From contig JBBIPG010000028.1 in the NCBI GenBank assembly GCA_037442925.1, positions 1 through 28,534 of the forward strand: a DNA stretch of 28,534 bases, written 5' to 3'. The notes beneath the pieces are model-generated. The model did not search any database, had not been told where the DNA came from, and worked only from the letters and a program-made list of their open reading frames with translations. Made by a program: the position numbers and the translations under genes. Shown here one piece after another: positions 17,145-26,096 of this stretch. Position 1 is the stretch's first letter. Each line of letters opens with the position of its first letter. The DNA comes from Candidatus Fraserbacteria bacterium (lineage in GTDB: Bacteria; Bipolaricaulota; Bipolaricaulia; RBG-16-55-9).

Positions 17145-18449
17145 TTAAGGCGTCCTGATGAAATTTGGGGGCCAGGGGTAGTCGGCTGGACAGAGGCTGC
17201 CTTTGCTGTTGCCCCAGACTTCATTGCGTTGGCCTTGTATATGGCCCTCAAATTGCCCGCCCTTAAGCTGGGGATGACAGGCAGGAATGTAAAGGGCAAT
17301 TCCCCATCCACCATTGTTAATGACTCGATTGTCCTTGATCGTCACCCGGTATGTCCCCGGATCTAAACGAATGCCATCCCATTCGCTATTAGAAATGATA
17401 TTGCCTTCAATGAGTATTACACCATCACTGACTATGATGTTAGCTCCAATCAGCGTGTTTTGCAGAATTTCCGCCTCCAAACCCGACAACAAGATGCTGC
17501 TGTCCCCCCCTAAGAGAGTATTACCAGTTATGACTACAGGGTCGGACCCTTGCCATGACGGACTGTTAGTCAATGAAATCGCAGCATTAAAGAGAATGTT
17601 CCCTCGAATGATAGATTTTCGCTGATCGCGAACCCTGACTCCGTTGATGCCCCTACTACTATCCAGGCTCAAGATCTTGTTCTGATCAACCGTAGCTTGC
17701 GCCTTAATTAAAGAGATTCCAGTGGCACTGTGGGCAGAGCCTGCCAGCATAATGCTGTTGTTCTTGATCTCTGCCTGAGCATCATAGACCCTGACTCCTG
17801 TCAGGAATTCATACTGTACTGCTCCATAGATGGCATTGTTCTCAATCACAGCTTGGCCGCTAGACACGCTGATGCATGTGGAGCAGTTAAATAGTGCATT
17901 GTTTCTCATGATCGCATTGGCCCCTTCCGCCACGACAATCCCACGAGGTTCAATCAAGTCGCTACGCCCACCCCCTGCAGGAGCGAATGAAAAGCCCCAG
18001 AATGCTTTGCCTTCTGTGATGTCACGCAACAGTTTCTGGATGTCCTCCGCGCTTCGCGGCCCAGATGGTACTTGCGATGCGCGTTGGGCAGCCGGAGGCT
18101 CTCTGGAGAACCGAATCTGAAAACCCTCTATGCTAGTATGGACTGCACCACTGATTCGAATGGCTGGCGCTTCAAGATTGCTGACCAAATTCACTGATCT
18201 CACTTCGGGATCAGCACTTCTCAACCTTACATCTTTGCGGATCTCTAGATTCTCATAATAAGTACCAGAATCTACTACGATAATATCTCCATTTGCGGCA
18301 GCTTCTAACGCATGCTGAATCGTGGGGAAGTCTTGAGGTACCCGTAGTTCACGCGACTGATTTGTCATGTCTGCAGCAAGGGTCGCAGAGAGTAAGATTA
18401 AGAAGATGCCCAGCCAGGTTATTCGTTGATCATATGTTGCTAGCATCAT
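17145..18449 (-). CDS. Secreted right-handed beta-helix (NosD/pectinesterase-like fold) protein 1
   Basis: Signal peptide WLGIFLILLSATLA; VPQDFPTIQHALEAAANGDIIVVDSGTYYE cap; IxNNxI repeats; C-terminus LCPADYPWPPNFIRTP. Start uncertain (18446-18461). Confidence 0.85.
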   Translation of the reverse strand: MMLATYDQRITWLGIFLILLSATLAADMTNQSRELRVPQDFPTIQHALEAAANGDIIVVDSGTYYENLEIRKDVRLRSADPEVRSVNLVSNLEAPAIRISGAVHTSIEGFQIRFSREPPAAQRASQVPSGPRSAEDIQKLLRDITEGKAFWGFSFAPAGGGRSDLIEPRGIVVAEGANAIMRNNALFNCSTCISVSSGQAVIENNAIYGAVQYEFLTGVRVYDAQAEIKNNSIMLAGSAHSATGISLIKAQATVDQNKILSLDSSRGINGVRVRDQRKSIIRGNILFNAAISLTNSPSWQGSDPVVITGNTLLGGDSSILLSGLEAEILQNTLIGANIIVSDGVILIEGNIISNSEWDGIRLDPGTYRVTIKDNRVINNGGWGIALYIPACHPQLKGGQFEGHIQGQRNEVWGNSKGSLCPADYPWPPNFIRTP

Positions 18450-18580
18450 CCTTCCGCTCAATTCCAGTTCTGCTCTTGATCCTCCTCAAGATTTGCTGAA
18501 CTTAGTTGCGAACCTCTCAGCGCACTGATGCAATTCTAGCTCACTCAGCTGGCATGCGCCAGAATTGAGTAAGCAAGCAC

Positions 18581-19936
18581 TTATTGCAGGCAGAATGTCT
18601 TTTTACAATTATTGCCATTGGAACTCACTGGTTCTGGTGCTACCATCGCGTCACCCTCTTCTAGAAAGGGATATTGCTCCGGTGGTCCAATATAGTGAAG
18701 TTGCCCATCAGCTCCGAGACAGATGAGATACAGTTCGCAAGCAATCTTTCTAGCTTCGATTTCCGTGGTGTTTGAGCTCCACGCAACGTTGAATAAGGCC
18801 AAAGCGGGTTTATCACAGGCTTCGACGCAATATATTACGACGATGGGCAGCCCTTGGTTCTCTACCACGTTAGCAATCCCTTGAGCAACGGTTGGATTCG
18901 TAGCCCCACCCATTATCAATACGACAGGGTACATGTCAGCTGGGACCAAACCGCTCGCTTTGACTGAGGCGGCATATTTAGCATATTCATTAAGTTGATC
19001 TATGATGCGGGAAGCACGGTCCACTGCTTCATCAACGGGCATTCCTATAGGTATTCCCCCCGACTTTACTTCAACAAATGCTACCACTTGACCAAGACCT
19101 TCTATATACTTGTTGGCGATTATATCGATCTCCGTATTCGCGAGGCCTCCACTTTCTTGTTGTACTTCTTGGTTAGGCTTGGAAAAGTCAATAATTTGCC
19201 AGCCTTTAGCATACATTATCGATGCTACTTGAACTTCAGCCATTATCCCATTGAATCCTGCCCAAAAATTCCCTTCCATCTGACGCAGTGCATTATCCAA
19301 TCTATCTCGATAGTGTTGCTTGACTTTTTCGATGTCACATCGTGTGCAACTATTGATAGCTACCAATACAGTAGTTGCCGCGGAGACGAATCTCGTAGCG
19401 TCTATTGGACCGCTATTGAACTCTACTGTGGCTCCTATCGCCGCTATCAAAGCCGTTATCTCTGCATCTGTTACTTGATAGCTATTAACTGAAGCCTGAG
19501 TCGCGTTTGCGAGATTCTTGAGGCCTATGATCTGCTCTCTGCTGAGTCCGGTAAACCCAAAGAGCAGCACATTCGCATCCACGTCTTGAACGAATATTGC
19601 CGGAGGCTGTCCCGGATCACGCAGCAAGGTCGGATTGGAAGCACCGCCAGCCATGGAATAGATCCTGTGGTTTACGGTTCCGCTCTCCTTCTGCTTACGA
19701 TACCAATTGTCCCGAGAGTTCTCGCATAGCACGTTGCTGAACGAAGCCACCGCCCCATAATGCGCATATGGGCAGTACTGAAACACTTGCTGCAGATCGC
19801 TTCCCTTCCTCACCACTGGCGTCTGAGGCTTCACCTGCAACGTGGGCTTTGTACTCCCCTGGGGAACTGTCTTCTTCACTGTCACCTTGGCATAGATCGC
19901 CAGTTCCGGATCGATCTGCACCCCGCCTGGCCACAA
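18581..19936 (-). CDS. C-terminal part of an interrupted lipoprotein, carrying a PD-(D/E)xK restriction-endonuclease-fold domain
   Basis: In frame with 19949-20710 across a single TAG; no SD of its own. Catalytic signature GIMAEVQV...TEIDIIA...AFVEVKSG (~19060-19250). Confidence 0.75.
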   Translation of the reverse strand: MWPGGVQIDPELAIYAKVTVKKTVPQGSTKPTLQVKPQTPVVRKGSDLQQVFQYCPYAHYGAVASFSNVLCENSRDNWYRKQKESGTVNHRIYSMAGGASNPTLLRDPGQPPAIFVQDVDANVLLFGFTGLSREQIIGLKNLANATQASVNSYQVTDAEITALIAAIGATVEFNSGPIDATRFVSAATTVLVAINSCTRCDIEKVKQHYRDRLDNALRQMEGNFWAGFNGIMAEVQVASIMYAKGWQIIDFSKPNQEVQQESGGLANTEIDIIANKYIEGLGQVVAFVEVKSGGIPIGMPVDEAVDRASRIIDQLNEYAKYAASVKASGLVPADMYPVVLIMGGATNPTVAQGIANVVENQGLPIVVIYCVEACDKPALALFNVAWSSNTTEIEARKIACELYLICLGADGQLHYIGPPEQYPFLEEGDAMVAPEPVSSNGNNCKKTFCLQ

Positions 19937-19948
19937 AGCTTGTCCGCT

Positions 19949-20710
19949 CTATCCTGCCAGGGGCACCACTACCAAGGCCTCCAGTTCCTCCGAGCCGTCT
20001 TCTGCGATCACCGCGTTGCTCTCATCCAAGATCACCTGGGCTTGAGACCAGTCCACCCCTTCAGACTGCATGGCCTGCACACCCGCGCTTGTAGTTGCAG
20101 ATTGTCCCAGTAGCTGTTGAAGACCTGTGGCTACCTCCTGAGTGCCCTGGCCGTCGGGCAGAAACAAGCGCGCTTCCTCAGTTCCTTCGCTCAACCCTGT
20201 TTCGATGTGAACGAGCCTCTCTCCACCCTCGTTCGCTTCCTTGATTGAAGCCCAATAGTTGCTCTCACCCAGCGCTTCATTCTCGAGCAGATACAGAGCT
20301 GCATCTGACCCTGCAGGCACTTCTACTAGCGTGGCTTCGGTGGTTGTGTCCTGCATGGCTCTCAGTTCCTGACCGTTTGTATTGTCGTTCTTCACCTTGC
20401 ACCCATGAGCCTTGAAGGTATTGAGCTTCTTGCCTTTGCCCTTCAGGTGTTGAGCGAGCGCCTGCACCTCTGGGTTTTCCTTCAGAGTCTTGTCCGCCAG
20501 CTTCTTGGCTTGGCCAGGAGCGAGATCCCTCACACAGGCTGGAGGTCCGCCCTGACCTTGAGCGGCAATAAGCCAAGTAGACGTGCCTGAGAGTTCTGGG
20601 GTGTCTGAGGAGTCTTCCAGTGGATCGTTGGGAAAGAGCTGGGAACATCCGGTGAGGATTCCTAAGAGCAGGAGGAGTCCGCCGAAACCGAGCCCGTGAA
20701 GTTTTTTCAT
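19949..20710 (-). CDS. Lipoprotein (N-terminal part of a probable 709-codon gene interrupted by TAG)
   Basis: MKKLHGLGFGGLLLLLGILTG-C lipobox; AAGGGGG SD; own promoter; the reading frame stays open for 455 codons after the TAG. Confidence 0.8.
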   Translation of the reverse strand: MKKLHGLGFGGLLLLLGILTGCSQLFPNDPLEDSSDTPELSGTSTWLIAAQGQGGPPACVRDLAPGQAKKLADKTLKENPEVQALAQHLKGKGKKLNTFKAHGCKVKNDNTNGQELRAMQDTTTEATLVEVPAGSDAALYLLENEALGESNYWASIKEANEGGERLVHIETGLSEGTEEARLFLPDGQGTQEVATGLQQLLGQSATTSAGVQAMQSEGVDWSQAQVILDESNAVIAEDGSEELEALVVVPLAG

Positions 20711-20737
20711 GATGCGCCCCCTTTTGATCGCAGGGTC

Positions 20738-20766
20738 ATACTAGCATAAGATTGTTAAAATGTCAA
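20738..20766 (-). promoter_or_regulatory. sigma70 promoter of the lipoprotein/beta-helix cassette
   Basis: Minus strand: TTGACA (20766-20761), 17-bp spacer, TGc-TAGTAT extended -10 (20743-20738). A C9 tract lies directly upstream. Confidence 0.7.
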
Positions 20767-20878
20767 GGGGGGGGGTAAGACATAGAAACACGTACTATTG
20801 ATAGAGAGCACCTACACCTTTCAACTAGGCTGAAGATGACAAGACAAAACGATGAAGGGACAGTTTCGATCTTCTTGG

Positions 20879-23473
20879 CTATGCCCCGCAGCAGTGCTTG
20901 TATTTCTTGCCTGAACCGCACGGACAAGGGTCATTCCTTCCCACCTTTTCTACTTTCCGGGGCTTCTGCACTTTAGTCGCCGTGCTCGTTGCGGACTGAG
21001 CGTTCGGACTACTGGCAGTATCCAATGCGCTGACTCCTTCATGTTGATAGCGTAGATCCCCCAACGACGACTGTGCCGCAACCGGAGCGACTTCCACCTT
21101 GAGGGCAGGCTTAATGAGATAGTTGATGATCTGCTCCTCCACGCGGCCCAGCATCTCCTGAAAGAGCCGGAACGATTCGCTCCGAAACTCCACCAAGGGA
21201 TCCCGTCCCTGATAGGCCCGCCAGCCGATGCCCTCTCGCAAATCATCGATGGCGTAGAGGTGCTGCCGCCAGTTCTCGTCGAGGATGTTGAGGATCATAA
21301 AACGCGCCAGTCGGGGGAAATGCTGATTTGTTCGTGCCACTTGGGCACCGTAGTTTTCTATCAAGAATTCGTGAACGTGATCCTCCAGCTCCGGTAGCTT
21401 CACTCCCTCTTGAAATGATCCCGTAAAGCGCGCATTCTGGAAGCTGGCGAGTTCTTTCGTTAAACCCTCAAGGTCCCAGGCATGAGGGCGGTTTGGTTCG
21501 GGGCAGTAACGCTCGAGTAGCGTCTGGGTGTATGTCTCCAAGATCCCCCGTATGTACTCATCGAGATCCGCTTGAGCTGGATCGTCTTGCCTGCCCAAGA
21601 GGAAGCGATTGCGTAGGGCATAGATCGCCTCGCGCTGGCGGGCCATCACGGCATCGTATTCCAACAGCCTCTTGCGGATGGAGAAGTTATGCGCCTCGAC
21701 CCGTTGCTGCGCTGTGCGCAGGGCCTTGGTCAGCATGCTGTGTTCGAGTCTCTGCCCTTCTTCCAGACTGCCCATCGCCCATTGGAGGAGCTTCTGTTCG
21801 CCGAATAATCTCAAGAGATCATCTTCCAGCGAGACATAGAACTGCGAGGAGCCGGGATCTCCCTGACGACCCGACCGGCCACGCAGCTGATCATCAATCC
21901 GGCGGCTCTCATGACGTTGACAGCCAATGATGTGCAAGCCTCCCAACTGGGCAACTCCTTCGCCCAACTTGATGTCCACGCCTCGGCCCGCCATGTTCGT
22001 CGCTACTGTAATGGCTCCTCGTTGTCCCGCATCTTTGATGATCTGGGCCTCGCGCTCGTGATGCTTGGCATTGAGCACGTTGTGGGTGAGCCCGCGCCTC
22101 TTGAGCAGCGCGCTCAAGTATTCCGATTTTTCGATGGACGTCGTCCCGATGAGCACTGGCCGCCCTGCTTTGTTAAGCTTCTCGATTTCATCTGCTACGG
22201 CATTGAATTTCTCTTTTTCCGTCTTGAAGAGCACATCCGGCAGATCTTGTCGAATCATGGGTTTGTGCGTCGGGATGACAACCACAGATAACCCGTAGAT
22301 CTCTTTGAATTCCTCTTCTTCCGTGGCGGCCGTGCCGGTCATCCCGGCGAGACCCTTATAGAGACGGAAGTAGTGCTGCAGCGTGATCTGAGCCAACGTC
22401 TGACTCTCACGGCGAATCTCCATGCCCTCTTTGGCTTCGAGCGCTTGGTGTAATCCCTCGCTGTAACGTCGGTCTTCCATCAGTCGCCCGGTGAACTCAT
22501 CTACGATCACGACGCGACCGTCTTTGATGATATAGTCGACGTCTTTGTGGTAGAGATGCCGGCCACGCAGTGCCAGCTCCAGATGATGCAAGAGATCAAT
22601 GTGCTGGGGGGCATAGATGTTCTCGATGCCCAGCAGCTCTTCTGCCCTTTTGACCCCTTCTTCCGTCAGGTGGATGCGACGGGTCTTCTCATCGAGTTCG
22701 AAATCACGGTCTTTCTGAAAGCGCGGGGAGAGCTTCGCGAATTGCTTGTAGAGCTTGGCGGACTCCGACGTCGAACCCGAGATGATCAGTGGCGTGCGTG
22801 CTTCGTCGATGAGAATGTTGTCGATCTCATCGACGATGGCGTAATCGAGGCCCGTCTGGACTCGCTGATCCCACGAGATGGTGAGATTGTCTCTTAAGTA
22901 GTCAAAGCCGAATTGCGTATTCGTTCCATAGATAACGTCGCACTGGTAGGCGCGCCTGCGCTCTTCTACACTCATGTCTTCTTGCAAGAGGCCCACCGTA
23001 AGTCCCAAGTGTTCGTAGATGGGACCCATCCACTCCCGGTCGCGCTTGGCCAGATAATCATTGACCGTGACGACATGCACCCTACCCACAAGCGCATTGA
23101 GGTAGACCGGCATGGTAGCTACGAGTGTCTTGCCCTCTCCGGTCTTCATCTCGGCGATCCGTCGCTGGTGGAGGACGATACCCCCTAGGACCTGAACATC
23201 ATAGGGGCGCAGTCCTACTTTGCGTTCTGCCACCTCGCGCACGACGGCAAACGCTTCGGGCAGCAGATCATCCAACTCCTCACCCTCTTGTAGTCTCTTC
23301 TTGAACTCTTGAGTCTTGGCCGCCAGTTCTGAGTCACTGAGCCTTTTCGTCTCGTCGGCCAACTCGTTGACACGTTCCAGATCGGGTTCGAGGCGTCGGA
23401 GTTTCTGTTCGTTGGTCTCGCCGAAGATGCGATCGACCGTGCGCTTGACGAGTTCTAACACCATAATGTCCAT
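20879..23473 (-). CDS. secA: Protein translocase subunit SecA
   Basis: AEMKTGEGKT, VTVNDYLAKRD, DEARTPLIISG, ATNMAGRGVDI and RGRSGRQGDPG motifs; C-terminal GRNDPCPCGSGKKYKHCC. Confidence 0.98.
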   Translation of the reverse strand: MDIMVLELVKRTVDRIFGETNEQKLRRLEPDLERVNELADETKRLSDSELAAKTQEFKKRLQEGEELDDLLPEAFAVVREVAERKVGLRPYDVQVLGGIVLHQRRIAEMKTGEGKTLVATMPVYLNALVGRVHVVTVNDYLAKRDREWMGPIYEHLGLTVGLLQEDMSVEERRRAYQCDVIYGTNTQFGFDYLRDNLTISWDQRVQTGLDYAIVDEIDNILIDEARTPLIISGSTSESAKLYKQFAKLSPRFQKDRDFELDEKTRRIHLTEEGVKRAEELLGIENIYAPQHIDLLHHLELALRGRHLYHKDVDYIIKDGRVVIVDEFTGRLMEDRRYSEGLHQALEAKEGMEIRRESQTLAQITLQHYFRLYKGLAGMTGTAATEEEEFKEIYGLSVVVIPTHKPMIRQDLPDVLFKTEKEKFNAVADEIEKLNKAGRPVLIGTTSIEKSEYLSALLKRRGLTHNVLNAKHHEREAQIIKDAGQRGAITVATNMAGRGVDIKLGEGVAQLGGLHIIGCQRHESRRIDDQLRGRSGRQGDPGSSQFYVSLEDDLLRLFGEQKLLQWAMGSLEEGQRLEHSMLTKALRTAQQRVEAHNFSIRKRLLEYDAVMARQREAIYALRNRFLLGRQDDPAQADLDEYIRGILETYTQTLLERYCPEPNRPHAWDLEGLTKELASFQNARFTGSFQEGVKLPELEDHVHEFLIENYGAQVARTNQHFPRLARFMILNILDENWRQHLYAIDDLREGIGWRAYQGRDPLVEFRSESFRLFQEMLGRVEEQIINYLIKPALKVEVAPVAAQSSLGDLRYQHEGVSALDTASSPNAQSATSTATKVQKPRKVEKVGRNDPCPCGSGKKYKHCCGA

Positions 23474-23487
23474 GTCCCTCCGGAACG

Positions 23488-23516
23488 ATTCTAGGAAAGA
23501 GCTTGACCAATTACAA
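23488..23516 (-). promoter_or_regulatory. Putative sigma70 promoter of secA
   Basis: Minus strand: TTGTAA (23516-23511), 17-bp spacer, TAGAAT (23493-23488). Confidence 0.55.
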
Positions 23517-23527
23517 GGAAGAGGATT

Positions 23528-26089
23528 TCACTGGGGTAGTCTACGCAACGCTTCTTCCACATTGCGTTTCAGAGTCTCCAGTTTCTCTTGCTCGGCTTTC
23601 CAGCGGTAGTAGTCATCGAGCGGCACCTGCGTGCCCACAGCAGAGAGCTGTGTTTGCAGTTGGGCCAGCTTCTTGTCGATGATCCTAAGAGCCTGCTCAA
23701 AATCCTCTCGTGCCTTCCCGATCTCGCCCCGGCTGAGGTACATCTGCCCTGATGTGACAAGAAGGCTTTCCGCATTGGGATTGCGCTGTCGGAGGTCCTC
23801 GAGCAGCGAGAGTGCTTCGTCCCCTTTGCCTTCCTCAAAGAGCACGAGTGCTTTCAGATGAAGAGCTTCCACTTTGAGGGAGGGATCTGGGTCAATGGCC
23901 AGTAACTGCTCTAGGTAGTCCCTCGCGTCCTCGCGATAGCGTCTGATGAGCTCGGGATTTGCCATTCCACCTTTGGCCCTTTCGATTTGTGCCAACCGGA
24001 GATTCACACTGGCCAGCTGCAAATAGGAGGTCTCTGTCGCAAAGCGAGGCAGAGAGCGCTCAAGGAGCTCTTTGCCCTTCAAGAAGTCGCCTTCTTCCAT
24101 GTACATGAGCCCTAGCCAATAGAGTACCTCGCCCGGATCGACATCTAACGTCAAGCTCTTCTGGAGCAATTCCTTGACCTCTTGGACTGTATCACGTGAT
24201 CCCCCTCCTTTGACCAGTCGCTGGGCTTGGTCGAGGTAGACATCCGCCTGCCAATCACGATACGCGAAGACACTTACTGTAGAGGCCACGAGGAAGGCTA
24301 CAGCGGCCATCACCCAGCTCATGCGCTTTCCCAGTGACAAGTGCAGAGGTGGCTGCTTTGGGTTGTCCAACGCCCGAGATTGCAGGGCCGCTAAAAGAAA
24401 GACGAGTACGAGCACATTGGCAGGCAAGTGGAGAGGAAAGCTGAAGAGCGAATCGCTCATGAAAGCCACCACGCCGGCAAAGAGCGCTATAATCATTACT
24501 GTGCCCTCGGAGGATGTGCTGGCTCTAAGCCGAGCTAGAGTACTCCAGATCAGTGTGGCAATGAAAAAAGCTGTGGCCAGGAGGCCGAGAATTCCCATCT
24601 CTGCCATGATCTGAACGTATTCGTTGTGGGCCTGAGCGGCTCTCACAATGTAGCCCACGGTCTTGGCATAGTTCTGACCGCGCTCGGTCGTGAGAAACTC
24701 GGCTTTGTAGGGCAGAAACTCACGTTTGTAATCGCCCAGGCCGATCCCTACGATGGGATGATCTTCAAACATGTGATAGCCGACCCACCAGTCCCAAGCT
24801 CGTACGTTGGCCGAGCTCCTCACCGCTTGTTGATAGAGGGTGGCGGCTAGATCTTGGCCGAGTGGGGTTAGTGCCCCGATGAGTAAGGCAAGCCCCGCGG
24901 TTGCCAGTCCGATCCAACCCCAGCGCCGCTGCCGTGAGCGGAAGAGCTTCTCTAACCAAGCGATCACAGCTATGAGGGCCACCATGGCCAGCCCTGCCCA
25001 GGCCACAGGTGAGAAGGTTCCAGCGATTCGATTGATTGTCTGCATGCTCACGTTCACACCCTGAACCCAAACGGCCGTACTAAAAAGCAGCCAGAGCGTG
25101 AGGAGCCCGGTTACGCTGACCAGCACAACGCTCCATCTCCACTGTTGGCGTAGTGGCTCGAATCCGCGCAGGAGCCAGAGGCCACCGAGAAGGATGCCCA
25201 ACGAGAGAATGCTGGCGAGCCAAGCCGAGTCTGAATCTATGGCCAGTAGAGTAATGAAAAGCAGCGCCACGGCGATCGAGGTGAAGATCTTGATCCACCG
25301 CGAGTGGGCGGAAAAGAGCAGAAGTAGCCCTGGGACGACAAGATAGGAGAGGAATCCACCCAGATAGTTCTTGTTCCCGAAGGTGGAGATGATATTCCAC
25401 GTCCCGCGGTTCGCACCGGGGGTGCCTGGAAGTATTCCATAATATTGCAGCAGGCCGTAGAGCGATGCTAACACAGCTGAGATGAGTAATGCCCCCAAGA
25501 GAAAATGAATCTCCTCGGGATGTTCTAGTATATTCGCTAAGAATAGATAGAGTAGAAAGAAGTAGATGAAGAGAAGCACATACTGAAGATCTCCGAGAAG
25601 AGTCTGACTATTGATGAGCGAGAGCAAAGCGGCTGCAAGTAATAAGATCGCTGGCCAGAAGAGCGCTGTACGTTTTATATCTGCGCGCCCCTTACGTGCC
25701 ATCTCTCCGACCCATATGAGGGCGAGCAGCGATATAAAGCCGAGCGAGTAAATGGCTTTCGTGTAGCCATATTCAGTGTTCCCCAAATAGATGAGAAGTG
25801 GCTGAGTAAACAAGAAGACAGCGGCAAGCCCTAGTTTTAGGTTCGGCAGCGCCCAGATCACCAGAATGAGCGAAATAAGAGAGAGGGCAAGAACATACTG
25901 AGCATTGGTATCCTGCTGTGAGATAAATGTCCAGAATAGCGGCAACGAGACAAGCACGAGCACGATAGTCGTTATGGATTTCAACCACCAAGGCTGGAGA
26001 AGCTTGGGCCAGATGGCGTTCTGAAGGGACTCCCAGAGATCGCTCCCTGTCCGCTTGCGCTTGCGGGGTGTTCTTCGTCGCCGCTTCAT
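23528..26089 (-). CDS. O-antigen ligase / O-oligosaccharyltransferase-like polytopic membrane protein with C-terminal TPR repeats
   Basis: Many TM helices; STFGNKNYLGG, PIVGIGLG, AHNEYVQIMAEMGILG and FSFPLHLP (Wzy_C/PglL-type motifs); TPR-like helical C-terminus. Confidence 0.85.
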   Translation of the reverse strand: MKRRRRTPRKRKRTGSDLWESLQNAIWPKLLQPWWLKSITTIVLVLVSLPLFWTFISQQDTNAQYVLALSLISLILVIWALPNLKLGLAAVFLFTQPLLIYLGNTEYGYTKAIYSLGFISLLALIWVGEMARKGRADIKRTALFWPAILLLAAALLSLINSQTLLGDLQYVLLFIYFFLLYLFLANILEHPEEIHFLLGALLISAVLASLYGLLQYYGILPGTPGANRGTWNIISTFGNKNYLGGFLSYLVVPGLLLLFSAHSRWIKIFTSIAVALLFITLLAIDSDSAWLASILSLGILLGGLWLLRGFEPLRQQWRWSVVLVSVTGLLTLWLLFSTAVWVQGVNVSMQTINRIAGTFSPVAWAGLAMVALIAVIAWLEKLFRSRQRRWGWIGLATAGLALLIGALTPLGQDLAATLYQQAVRSSANVRAWDWWVGYHMFEDHPIVGIGLGDYKREFLPYKAEFLTTERGQNYAKTVGYIVRAAQAHNEYVQIMAEMGILGLLATAFFIATLIWSTLARLRASTSSEGTVMIIALFAGVVAFMSDSLFSFPLHLPANVLVLVFLLAALQSRALDNPKQPPLHLSLGKRMSWVMAAVAFLVASTVSVFAYRDWQADVYLDQAQRLVKGGGSRDTVQEVKELLQKSLTLDVDPGEVLYWLGLMYMEEGDFLKGKELLERSLPRFATETSYLQLASVNLRLAQIERAKGGMANPELIRRYREDARDYLEQLLAIDPDPSLKVEALHLKALVLFEEGKGDEALSLLEDLRQRNPNAESLLVTSGQMYLSRGEIGKAREDFEQALRIIDKKLAQLQTQLSAVGTQVPLDDYYRWKAEQEKLETLKRNVEEALRRLPQ

Positions 26090-26096
26090 CTCTGGC

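Noticed and set aside
17123..17314. N-terminal extension of the 495-aa ORF
   Set aside because: It overlaps the conserved tail of the upstream gene. The signal peptide begins at the ATG at 17122.
18995..19492. 165-aa antisense ORF as a hidden immunity gene
   Set aside because: It lies fully antisense to the nuclease domain with shadow-like Y/C/I-rich composition and no SD.
19949..19951. Genome-wide TAG recoding (pyrrolysine or Gln)
   Set aside because: rplM and secA end at their expected C-termini with TAG, and no pyl genes are in the window.
12944..20878. Cassette as a mobile element
   Set aside because: No integrase or transposase, terminal repeats or target-site duplication are seen at the two boundaries.
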